A stretch of 36,164 nt of DNA from assembly GCA_030141605.1 (NCBI GenBank), contig JAQGDQ010001527.1:1-36164 (forward strand), given 5' to 3'. Positions 1 to 11,300 of the stretch are shown here, piece by piece (within the stretch, counting starts at the first letter, position 1; each line of letters opens with the position of its first letter). Both the position numbers and the translations under genes were made by a program. Below the pieces are notes generated by a model, which was not told the origin of the DNA, ran no database searches, and saw only the letters and a list, made by a program, of their open reading frames with translations. This DNA comes from Tubiluchus corallicola (taxonomy: Eukaryota; Animalia; Priapulida).

Positions 1-1338
1 CATTGTGGACCTCGTGATTCTCGTAAGTACATTGTGGACCTCGTGATTCTCGTAAGTACATTGTGGACCTCGTGATTCTCGTAAGTACATTGTGGACCTC
101 GTGATTCTCGTAAGTACATTGTGACCTCGTGATTCTCAAGTACATTGTGGACCTCGTGATTCTCGTAGTACATTGTGGACCTCGTGATTCTCGTAAGTAC
201 ATTGTGGACCTCGTGATTCTCGTACATTGTGGACCTCGTGATTCTCGTAAGTACATTGTGGACCTCGTGATTCTCGTAAGTACATTGTGGACCTCGTGAT
301 TCTCGTAAGTACATTGTGGACCTCGTGATTCTCGTAAGTACATTGTGGACCTCGTGATTCTCGTAAGTACATTGTGGACCTCGTGATTCTCGTAAGTACA
401 TTGTGGACCTCGTGATTCTCGTAAGTACATTGTGGACCTCGTGATTCTCGTAAGTACATTGTGGACCTCGTGATTCTCGTAAGTACATTGTGGACCTCGT
501 GATTCTCGTAAGTACATTGTGGACCTCGTGATTCTCGTAAGTACATTGTGGACCTCGTGATTCTCGTAAGTACATTGTGGACCTCGTGATTCTCGTAAGT
601 ACATTGTGGACCTCGTGATTCTCGTAAGTACATTGTGGACCTCGTGATTCTCGTAAGTACATTGTGGACCTCGTGATTCTCGTAAGTACATTGTGGACCT
701 CGTGATTCTCGTAAGTACATTGTGGACCTCGTGATTCTCGTAAGTACATTGTGGACCTCGTGATTCTCGTAAGTACATTGTGGACCTCGTGATTCTCGTA
801 AGTACATTGTGGACCTCGTGATTCTCGTAAGTACATTGTGGACCTCGTGATTCTCGTAAGTACATTGTGGACCTCGTGATTCTCGTAAGTACATTGTGGA
901 CCTCGTGATTCTCGTAAGTACATTGTGGACCTCTGATTCTCGTAAGTACATTGTGGACCTCGTGATTCTCGTAAGTACATTGTGGACCTCGTGATTCTCG
1001 TAAGTACATTGTGGACCTCGTGATTCTCGTAAGTACATTGTGACCTATTCTCGTAAGTACATTGTGGACCTCGTGATTCTCGTAGTACATTTGGACCTCG
1101 TGATTCTCGTAAGTACATTGTGACCCTGATTCGTGTGACCTCGTGATTCTCGTAAGTACATTGTGGACCTCGTGATTCTCGTAAGTACATTGTGGACCTC
1201 GTGATTCTCGTAAGTACATTGTGGACCTCGTGATTCTCGTAAGTACATTGTGGACCTCGTGATTCTCGTAAGTACATTGTGGACCTCGTGATTCTCGTAA
1301 GTACATTGTGGACCTCGTGATTCTCGTAAGTACATTGT
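1..1338. repeat. 29-bp minisatellite (CATTGTGGACCTCGTGATTCTCGTAAGTA)n, about 46 copies in window
   Basis: Near-perfect head-to-tail units without spacers; starts at the left edge. Confidence 0.97.
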
Positions 1339-1433
1339 GACTTTTCGAACTGCTACCGCTTAACTAATGCAAAAATGTTTATGCAAAAATTTGAAAAAAT
1401 CAATTTTTTGCAAAAACTTGTTGTACTTTAGAC

Positions 1434-1602
1434 GGAACTTTATCAGTTTGCTGCTTTCCTTCTATCGATGAATGACGTCATTGGTGGAAAAGCGAGCATT
1501 TAAAATGGAGCACTCAGGGAACTTTATCAGTTTGCTGCTTTCCTTCTATCGATGAATGACGTCATTGGTGGAAAAGTAAGCATTTAAAATGGAGCACTCA
1601 GG
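1434..1602. repeat. 84-bp direct tandem duplication
   Basis: GGAACTTTATCAG...GCACTCAGG starts at 1434 and 1518. Confidence 0.9.
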
Positions 1603-1905
1603 CGTGAAATAATTGCAACTTTAAACTGATTTTACTAATTACACATAATTTTACTACTTTTACTAAGAGTAGCGCATACCAACATTTTTCCTGAACGTCG
1701 AAATAAGCCATTCCCAGAAGGCTTATTCCCAGAAATACTTCCCAGAAGGCTTGGCCTTGCGTTTAATGATAGCGCAAAGAACAAAATGCAGTTTCAGGCT
1801 AAGATTTATAATACTTAGGTATAGAGTTATATATACATATAGAGTTATATACTTATATACTTATATATAGAGTTATATATACATATATGTAATATATAAA
1901 CTTAC

Positions 1906-1996
1906 TCAGATTAGTTTTGGCAATATGTTCCATTAGACCTTCTTTTCTAGCGAAGGCAAAGCTGAGGCATAAAAATAAGATTGCTAGCAGCTTCAT
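1906..1996 (-). CDS. First coding exon of a secreted protein (MKLLAILFLCLSFAFARKEGLMEHIAKTNL); gene presumably continues leftwards, possibly off-window
   Basis: gccacaATGa start, classic n/h/c signal peptide ending AFA, consensus phase-1 donor GA|GTAAGT at 1905, TATATAA about 45 nt upstream. Confidence 0.7.
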
Positions 1997-2040
1997 TGTG
2001 GCAGTTTATCGTAAGTCTTGAGACAGTAAGGCTCTGGTTA

Positions 2041-2828
2041 TATAGGTTTTACATGTCAAATGTAGACCTGCGTTAACTCAAATGTAGATTTGGGTAATTC
2101 AAATATGTCTTGGTGACTCAAATGTTGACTTTGGTAGTTCAAATATGTTAACAACGGTTTTCAAAAAATCTTAAGCGTTTTTTGGTAAGTCAAATATAGA
2201 CACATGTCAAGTCAAATGTGACATTGGCATCTCAAATGTGGATAGGTGGTAAAGCTTAAGGAAGTAAAATTTGATATTCTTTAATTTCAATTTAATAATT
2301 GCTCTTTAGTTAAAATAACAATGTTATAGGTTCACTAATATTCTGCAAACTTTACATACCATTGGAACTGTTAGAGAAAACAATACATTCTTAAAATAAA
2401 CAATGTTTCTTGAGATAAACTAATTCATTAGTGCAGTGCTAATGCATTACTTAAAAAACTAATTAGTGATTCACTGTTCTTTGGGAAGGGATAAACAACG
2501 TATTTTTCAAAGTTATGAAAGAGGTGATGACTATCTTTGGTTTATCTTTTTGTAATTTGCACTTAAATGAGTTAATTACCTATTTTTTCAAAGTAATTCA
2601 TCTACATTTGACTTACCTAAGTCACATTTGAGTTACCAAAACACATTCGAAATTCCTATGTCTACATTTGACTTACCCAAGTCACATTTGAGTTACCAAA
2701 ACACATTCGAAATCCCTGTCTACATTTGACTTACCTAAGTCACATTTGAACTTTCCTATGTCTACATTTGACTTACCTAAGTCACATTTGAACTTTCCTG
2801 TGTCTATATTTGACCTGGAAAACCTATA
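2041..2828. mobile_element. TA-flanked MITE with modular 42-bp subterminal repeats (family A, copy 1)
   Basis: Termini TATAGGTTTTACATGTCAAAT...ATTTGACCTGGAAAACCTATA; homologous to 12682-13471 and 33335-33970. Confidence 0.88.
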
Positions 2829-3375
2829 GACACTGTCAGGAAGCTTCGTATCCCGGAAGGATATATAGTGGAAGGTTTATCTGTTCTAGACTAACTAGGT
2901 GAACGCCAGGGGAACGTATGATGCACGATTTTTGATAGAGCGCCAGATTCGGCAGCCATCTTGCGTCTAAAATAAGTTGCAGCAACTTGACCTCTGTGTA
3001 AGTTACAAGGACGATAATTAAATGTAGTCATAATTAACAGGTACTCCAATAGCTTGTCATTACAAACATGCAAGTTACTTAATTCTAACTTTCTGCAAAT
3101 AATTATAACAAATAATATCTTGACGAGCAACTGCGTGTGTAACGGTGTAATCCTGTGGAAGTTGTAATTGTACATTTTTTAGGTGCTGCCATCTATGAAC
3201 CAATCCTTTTACATTTTACTAGCTAAACTCACCCCCAGTGTAATTGTACGGTCCAGTGAATGCATATTCACTGGATCTCCCCCTATTTTACAGTAATGGT
3301 TGTTGTGAAGCCAAGGCTGCATATGTTACCTATACCTATGTATACTGCTTGATTTACTTTCTAGTCACTGTCTAA

Positions 3376-4553
3376 CTCTCAGTGTTCAGTGCAGGACACT
3401 CTCATTCACAGTGTTCAATGCAGGACACTCTTGTTCTCAGTGTTTAGTGCAGGACACTCTCATTCACAGTGTTCAATGCAGGACACTCTTGTTCTCAGTG
3501 TTCAGTGCAGGACACTCTTGTTCTCAGTGTTCAGTGCAGGACACTCTCATTCTCAGTGTTCAGTGCAGGACACTCTCATTCACAGTGTTCAATGCAGGAC
3601 ACTCTTGTTCTCAGTGTTCAGTGCAGGACACTCTTGTTCTCAGTGTTTAGTGCAGGACACTCTCATTCACAGTGTTCAATGCAGGACACTCTTGTTCTCA
3701 GTGTTCAGTGCAGGACACTCTTGTTCTCAGTGTTCAGTGCAGGACACTCTCATTCTCAGTGTTCAATGCAGGACACTCTTGTTCTCAGTGTTCAGTGCAG
3801 GACACTCTCATTCTCAGTGTTCAGTGCAGGACACTCTTGTTCTCAGTGTTCAGTGCAGGACACTCTTGTTCTCAGTGTTCAGTGCAGGACACTCTCATTC
3901 TCAGTGTTCAGTGCAGGACACTCTTGTTCTCAGTGTTCAGTGCAGGACACTCTTGTTCTCAGTGTTCAGTGCAGGACACTCTCATTCTCAGTGTTCAGTG
4001 CAGGACACTCTTGTTCTCAGTGTTCAGTGCAGGACACTCTTGTTCTCAGTGTTCAGTGCAGGACACTCTCGTTCTCAGTGTTCAGTGCAGGACACTCTCA
4101 TTCTCAGTGTTCAGTGCAGGACACTCTTATTCTCAGTGTTCAGTGCAGGACACTCTCATTCTCAGTGTTCAGTGCAGGACACTCTCATTCTCAGTGTTCA
4201 GTGCAGGACACTCTCACTCTCAGTGTTCAGTGCAGGACACTCTCATTCTCAGTGTTCAGTGCAGGACACTCTCATTCTCAGTGTTCAGTGCAGGACTCTC
4301 TCGTTCTCAGTGTTCAGTGCAGGACACTCTCACTCTCAGTGTTCAGTGCAGGACACTCTCATTCACAGTGTTCAATGCAGGACACTCTTGTTCTCAGTGT
4401 TCAGTGCAGGACACTCTCATTCTCAGTGTTCAGTGCAGGACACTCTTGTTCTCAGTGTTCAGTGCAGGACACTCTCATTCTCAGTGTTCAGTGCAGGACT
4501 CTCTCACTCTCAGTGTTCAGTGCAGGACACTCTCACTCTCAGTGTTCAGTGCA
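3376..4553. repeat. 29-bp minisatellite (TCTCAGTGTTCAGTGCAGGACACTC[TCAT/TTGT])n, about 41 copies
   Basis: 29-bp period with two main interspersed variants; produces stop-free ORFs in all three + frames. Confidence 0.97.
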
Positions 4554-5239
4554 GCAGTCATTCTACTCACGTGTCTGTAGTTTAATAAACACTTCTCTGT
4601 GCAAATATGCAGTATAGTTTTTTATTCTTGTTCTACAAAGTGAGTGATCTACAACTTTAAACATGACTTTCACAAATCCTCTACATCTGTTCCTTATTTA
4701 TGTCTTACCCTTATTTGTATCCGATCATTTCATTGTTGAAGTCGCACGTCATGGAATGTTTGCACAAGTATAGGTGACAATATCTATGACGCTCTTTACC
4801 CAAATACAAGAAACTTTACAAATATCCACAATTTTAATAAACGAAACAACTCTTGAAAATTGTGCAAAATAGTATTTTGTAACTCGACAGATAACAAATG
4901 CCCAAAGCTGTTATTTCGTTAATAAATTTAGTATAGACGGCAACACTTGAGCTGTAAACAGTGCCTGGTAATAGGGCACTATACTGTGACAACTACCTAT
5001 GTCATAATAATCAATCAATAATTCTGTCACAAGAAGGGAAAGTTATAAGCGTGCGATGCTTTAAACGGTTACCTGCTTACTAGCCAAACCTCGTAAAAAT
5101 TTTGCGCATAAACCCGCAATAATAAACCATATCACATCACCCACAGTACTCCCAACATCACCCACATCACACCACATCCACAGCACCACACCACACCCAC
5201 AACACTACACCAACATCACCTACAACACACAGCTCTACA

Positions 5240-5765
5240 CCACACCATACCAATCACATTATACCTCACCTACCATACCATACCAATCACATTATACCTC
5301 ACCTACCACACCATACCAATCACATTATACCTCGCCTACCACACCATACCGATCACATTATACCTCACCTACCACACCATACCAATCGCACTATACCACA
5401 CCTACCACACCATACCAATCACATTATACCTCACCTACCATACCATACCGATCGCACTATACCACACCTACCACACCATACCAATTACATTATACCTCAC
5501 CTACTACACCATACCAATCACATTATACCTCACCTACCATACCATACCAATCGCATTATACCTCACCTACCACATCATACCAATCGCACTATACCTCACC
5601 TACCACACCATACCAATCGCACTATACCTCACCTACCACACCATACCAATCGCACTATACCTCACCTACCACACCATACCAATCGCACTATACCTCACCT
5701 ACCACACCATACCAATCACATTATACCTCACCTACCACACCATACCAATCGCACTATACCACACC
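5240..5765. repeat. 33-bp C/A-rich minisatellite (ACCACACCATACCAATCGCACTATACCTCACCT)n, about 16 copies
   Basis: Period 33 (e.g. 5581/5614), embedded in CAC-rich low-complexity sequence. Confidence 0.9.
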
Positions 5766-6911
5766 CTCACCCAGCACACCACACCATCCACAACATCACA
5801 TTGTGATCATGATGACGATGACGATGATTATGACGACGACAATGATGACACCTACAACGCCAGCATATAGCCCACATCATCGTGTAGCCCTGTTCGTCCT
5901 CTTTCTAGAGAGATATAAATCTCTTTTCAAGAGTCCCACTAGGCGACGCCAGAACGTTTTTTCGCTGACTGTTTGGTCAATCTTTCGAAAAAATTTGTTT
6001 AAGATTACAATTACAAAATTTAACGTTACATAAATGTTTGTTTCGTTTTATACTGTATTAAAACAATAGCTAAAAATTTTCTGAACCAGAACGCCAGTAA
6101 TTTTAGCTAAGAGCTGCCCGGCTTGCCAGGCTAAAAGGTGAAGTAAAAAGGATGAGGAAATTCCCTTTTCAAACTTCAGGAGAATCCGAATTCCTGATAA
6201 AACTTTTTATGATAAGTGGAAATATTTAATTTCATTACTTAGTTCATTCTAGTCAGCTTTGCAGTTTTTTGGTTATGGCAAGGTTAGGAAAATGAGCCAA
6301 ATAACATTTAGGCTGCGTGGACGCCATGCGGAAGGTTCGGTTAAGCCCTGAAACCTGATGATGCATGGCAGTCTTGGCGTAGTGATTTCTTCTTGTGTTA
6401 AGAATGACACGTAGGCGCTAGCACACCACAACTGCTTGCTGCTTGAGCATCAATATATAATAAGTGTACAACCAGCTATTTCAAACCAAATTGCTGGGTT
6501 TTCTAATGTTTGTAAAATGCAATTAAAAGTATATGTAAAAAAATTTAATCAAACAAAATTGTGTAACAAATAGATAAAAATATTTATTCTCTACAGTTCT
6601 TAACAAGTACATATTCTAGCAATTCACTAAGATTTTTTTACAGAAACATATTTATGCTGAAAGAATAAACCTATATATATAAACCTAGCTACCTATATAT
6701 AAACCTATATATAAACCTATATAAACCTATCTAATATAAACCTAGCTACGTTTGGATCACACCTAACATAATTACATGCTAGAACTTCACAGAGTAATAC
6801 AATTTTTTGTAAAAATTGATTAGAACAAAAATTGTCTTCCTTTTGTAGTAAATCAGCAACATTATTTGTTTACATCGACCATAAATCGGCAACTAAACTT
6901 TTCTAGATATT

Positions 6912-7490
6912 CACATATCCTGAATCTCCATTTCATGTGGATCATTTTAATACCAAGTTCATCACTCTGTGTTATTTCTAAGCTGAGATAATTCACGTTG
7001 AAGTTGAGGTGCAGGCTTCGCACTGAAAAACATAATCTTGAGAAAATCACTGTTAAAGTCGGCCATTGTTTTTTGTCGCGTTTCTACAAAACACTTAGCA
7101 ACCGCACAAATGTTTGTTGCTACGGACTTTGCAAGATACAATGAAGTTATGTTTAAATCCAGTAGATGGCTCTTACTGATAAAGATCTGCACTTGGCAAC
7201 AAAAAACACCGGAAGCAAAATGACAGCTTCCACGAGCTACTATCAGAGTTTGAAAATACAATTTTTTTTACAATTGCAGTACTTGTTTCTAGACCGAAAA
7301 GTGGGAAAGGAATATTAAATTAAATTTTTAATAATTTTTCGGCATTTTCCTGATAATTTGATGCTAGTATACAAAAAGGCATATATTTAGCATTTGTTTT
7401 CATAAAAAATAAAAAATCGACATTTGAGTTTTGGTGATTTCTACTTTGAAGCATCATAATACAGTTTTAAATATGCTGACTTATGGACAG
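6912..7490. repeat. Dispersed repeat (probable non-autonomous DNA transposon), homologous to 11808-12540
   Basis: TCCTGAATCTCCATTTCA...GGATCATTTT.ATACCAAG...TCTAC.TTGAAGCATCATAA is shared between the two loci. Confidence 0.75.
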
Positions 7491-7892
7491 TAGGGGTGAG
7501 CATTCTCGACCAGAAAGCGAATTCGAATCGAATTTGTGACTTTCGAATTCAAATCGAACCGAATTTCAGTATTTCGAATCTGAATCGAATTGGAATTCAG
7601 TTTGAAAGATTTTCGAACCAGTTTTCCAACCACTAGTAAAAAGTGGTCTTACAAAGATCATGCATACTGCTCGATTTTGTTCTGCAGTAAAACCACTATT
7701 AGTCTGTTAAAAGGTTTGTGCAGAAACTGCAGCTAAATTATGCTAATTGCATGACGTATCAAATATTTTAATGATAAAGAACGCGTGTGGCTGGAGTGGT
7801 GACTTATTCGAGTCTATAATTTCAGATTCGAATCGAATCCGAACTTAAAAAACTCGTTCGAATCGAATTCGAATGTTCGATTCTCACCCTTA
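7491..7892. mobile_element. hAT-type MITE with TTCGAA-rich subterminal motifs
   Basis: Termini TAGGGGTGAG...CTCACCCTTA; 8-bp TSD ATGGACAG/ATGGACGG; degraded partial copy at about 22125-22360. Confidence 0.8.
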
Positions 7893-7990
7893 ATGGACGG
7901 TTTTGGTTTGCAAGCAACACATATAGCAGATTCCCACTGGAAAACTTAGTCGTGAACGATAATCGTGTCGGCATTTACACAAGAAGCTTG

Positions 7991-8092
7991 GAAAACCTGG
8001 GTGTGAACATGGAAAACTTGGGTGTGAACATGGAAAACTTGGGCGTGAACATGGAAAACTTGGGTGTGAACATGGAAAACTTGGGTGTGAAC
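7991..8092. repeat. 21-bp tandem repeat (GGAAAACTTGGGTGTGAACAT) x5 just downstream of the DCXR stop
   Basis: Direct reading. Confidence 0.9.
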
Positions 8093-8204
8093 ACAGATTC
8101 CCACATCCCCTGTACACGACGGAATCACTTTATGAAACGCCAAATTCCTTTGTCGTCATCACCGGAAAAGTTCAAAGCACCGGATGAAACTAAACGCCTC
8201 GAAA

Positions 8205-8308
8205 TCAGACGCTCCAAAAGCCACCTTCTATCGGTAGTGTGCAGCCGTGAACCATTGCAGCTTTTTCGCTCAGCAGGTACAAGACGGGTTCTACTACATC
8301 GGATTCCT
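8205..8308 (-). CDS. DCXR: DCXR terminal coding exon ([34 protein letters not shown])
   Basis: ttttactttcag| acceptor, 104 nt to TGA; typical SDR C-terminus LP(I/V)(D/E)GG. Confidence 0.93.
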
Positions 8309-11300
8309 CTGAAAGTAAAATTCAGGGATTAGAATGACAAAAAACTCTGAAACAGGCCGGGGGTTGGAGGGCCGCGTAGGCGCCCATGGGGGTTCAAGGG
8401 GGCGAAAACCCCTTGGAGCCAGCAACAAATTGCAATTTTGTGACCATAGAGAACCTCTAAGTGGACTTACAATATCAATTATCTTGTTTCATGCATAATT
8501 TAAAATACCCAACTATCAAGGATACATGATACCTAATTGTCTCAAAAACGCCTAAGTACTGGCCGCTCCTATGCAAAAGTATATAAAAACTGTCTGCAAT
8601 TGACTCAAATAACTCCGCATAATTGATTCTATATTTTTATACATAGAGATATACACGTGGTTACACTGATGTACGTGATGTAAACAAAGTGACGGCCTGC
8701 CATCTAGCTGTCAGCTTGTGAAATAATGTACTGGGTCCGTAAAAATTTTCTCAACGAATTTAAGCGATTTATAAAAATGGCACTACTGGTCTTCCAAAAA
8801 CTCGGAATTCTGCATATCCGGGGAAAATTCTCATCTCTGAAAATTGCAAATTACTTATCGGTTTGCAAACAACACATTAGTTGAGTGATGATTGTATTAT
8901 TACTGTGGAATTAGACAGGATTTGCTAATTACGGAAAATTATTTTTCACATTGTGGGCGCTAGCGGCAGCTAGTTAACGTTAGCGAAATCTTTTCAGTTA
9001 ATCCGTTAATTATTTTTCTACTGTTGTTAATCTGTTTATTATTTTTCTACTGTTGGTAATCTGTTAATTATTTTTCTACTGTTGTTAATCTGTTAATTAT
9101 TTTTCTACTGTTGTTAATCCGTTAATTATTTTTCTACTGTTGTTAATCTGTTAATTATTTTTCTACTGTTGTTAATATGTTAATTATTTTTCTATTGTTG
9201 TTAATCTGTTAATTATTTTTCTATTGTTGTTAATCTGTTAATTCTTTTTCTACTGTTGTTAATCTGCTCATTTTTTTCTATTGTTGTTAATCTGCTAATT
9301 GTTTTTCTATTGTTGTTAATCTGTTAATTACTTTTCTATCGTTGTTAATCTGTTAATTATTTTCCTATTGTTGTTAATCTGTTAATTATTTTTCTACTGT
9401 TGTTAATCTGTTAATTATTTTCCTATTGTTGTTAATCTGTTAATTATTTTTCTACTGTTGTTAATCTGTTAATTATTTTTCTATTGTTGTTAATCTGCTA
9501 ATTATTTTTCTACTGTTGTTAATCTGTTAATTATTTTTCTATTGTTGTTAATCTGTTAATTATTATTCTATTGTTGTTAATCTGCTAATTATTTTTCTAC
9601 TGTTGTTAATCTGTTAATTATTTTTCTATTGTTGTTAATCTGTTAATTATTTTTCTATTGTTGTTAATCTGTTAATTATTTTTCTGTTGTTGTTAATCTC
9701 TTAATTATTTTTCTACTGTTGTTAATCTGTTAATTATTTTTCTACTGTTGTTAATCTGTTAATTATTTTTCTACTGTTGTTAATCTGTTAATTCTTTTTC
9801 TATTGTTGTTAATCTGCTAATTGTTTTTCTATTGTTGTTAATCTGTTAATTACTTTTCTATTGTTGTTAATCTGTTAATTATTTTCCTATTGTTGTTAAT
9901 CTGTTAATTATTTTCCTATTATTGTTAATCTGCTAATTATTTTTCTACTGTTGTTAATCTCTTAATTATTTTTCTACTGTTGTTAATCTCTTAATTATTT
10001 TTCTACTGTTGTTAATCTCTTAATTATTTTTCTACTGTTGTTAATCAGTTAATTATTTTTCTACTGTTGTTAATCTGTTAATTATTTTCCTATTGTTGTT
10101 AATCTGCTAATTATTTTTCTACTGTTGTTAATCTGTTAATTATTTTTCTACTGTTGTTAATCTGTTAATTATTTTTCTACTGTTGTTAATCTGTTAATTA
10201 TTTTTCTACTGTTGTTAATCTGCTAATTATTTTTCTACTGTTGTTAATCCGTTAATTATTTTTCTACTGTTGTTAATCTGTTAATTATTTTTCTATTGTT
10301 GTTAATCTGTTAATTATTTTTCTATTGTTTGCTTCTCTCTATTGTAGATTCGCATCTTTATACTGAATAAAATAATTTCAGGTTTATTGCACCAGGTAAC
10401 TGCCGGGGTTAGATTTTTCGTTTGGATATTTTACTTAGCCGTATCCACACACACATCTAGGTTACACCGACGACGGCAATAGTTGTTGCCGAAACGTTCG
10501 TCTAGCGCGATAAGAGGTTTATAGGCTCATAAATTTATTTGTAATCAAGTAACTAAGTTACTTGCAGCTGATTTGGCAAGCTGAGTTAATTTTCAATTAT
10601 TTTACCTGCAAACTGTCCAAGAGGAATTCTGGCGAGCATCGGTTCGGCCTTCTCTTTTTTTCCCCACGCTAGACGTCCCATTTCAGTCATCACAACTGTC
10701 GGATTAACGGCATTAACCCGAATCTAGAAAAAGGATAACAGTAAGTGATGAATTTCAGACGTGCTAAATGTGTGTTAGGTCATGGTGAGAAGGACCTGAG
10801 GTTCAGAACTAAAGCACGAATGTTCCGTTCTTTAGTTCTTAAACCCACAGTCTTGTGATTTTGTTGCTAAGTTTAGTCAAGTTTTGGCCATAAAACAAAC
10901 AGTTTGGTGCTTTTGCAGCTAAATTTAGTAAAATTCTACCATAAAACAAACAGTTTTGTGATTTTGCAGCTAAATTTAGTCAAATTTTGACCATAAAACA
11001 AACAGTCTTGCGATTTTGTAGCTAAATTTAGTAAAATTTTACCATAAAACAAACAGTCTTGTGACTTTGCAGCTAAATTTAGTAAAATTCTACCATAAAA
11101 CAAACAGTCTTGCGATTTTGTAGCTAAATTTAGTAAAATTTTACCATTAAACAAACAGTCTTGTGACTTTGCAGCTAAATTTAGAAAAATTTTGACCATA
11201 AAACAAACAGTCTTGCGATTTTGTAGCTAAATTTAGTAAAATTCTACCATAAAACAAACAGTCTTGTGATTTTGTAGCTAAATTTAGTAAAATTCTGACC

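Noticed and set aside
136-1335. 300-aa and 96-aa repetitive ORFs
   Set aside because: Translation cycles through all three frames of a 29-bp unit; minisatellite artefact.
1-1338. CRISPR array (29-bp repeats)
   Set aside because: Units are contiguous with no unique spacers, there are no cas genes, and the context is eukaryotic.
3389-4617. Cys/His/Ser-rich ORFs up to 398 aa
   Set aside because: Open in all three frames because the 29-bp unit lacks stops; no coding signature.
10467-10503. Penelope-type minimal hammerhead ribozyme (CCGACGA-CGGCAA..TTGCC-GAAACGTTC)
   Set aside because: The core is CCGA rather than CUGA and no stem I can be paired; at most a dead relic.
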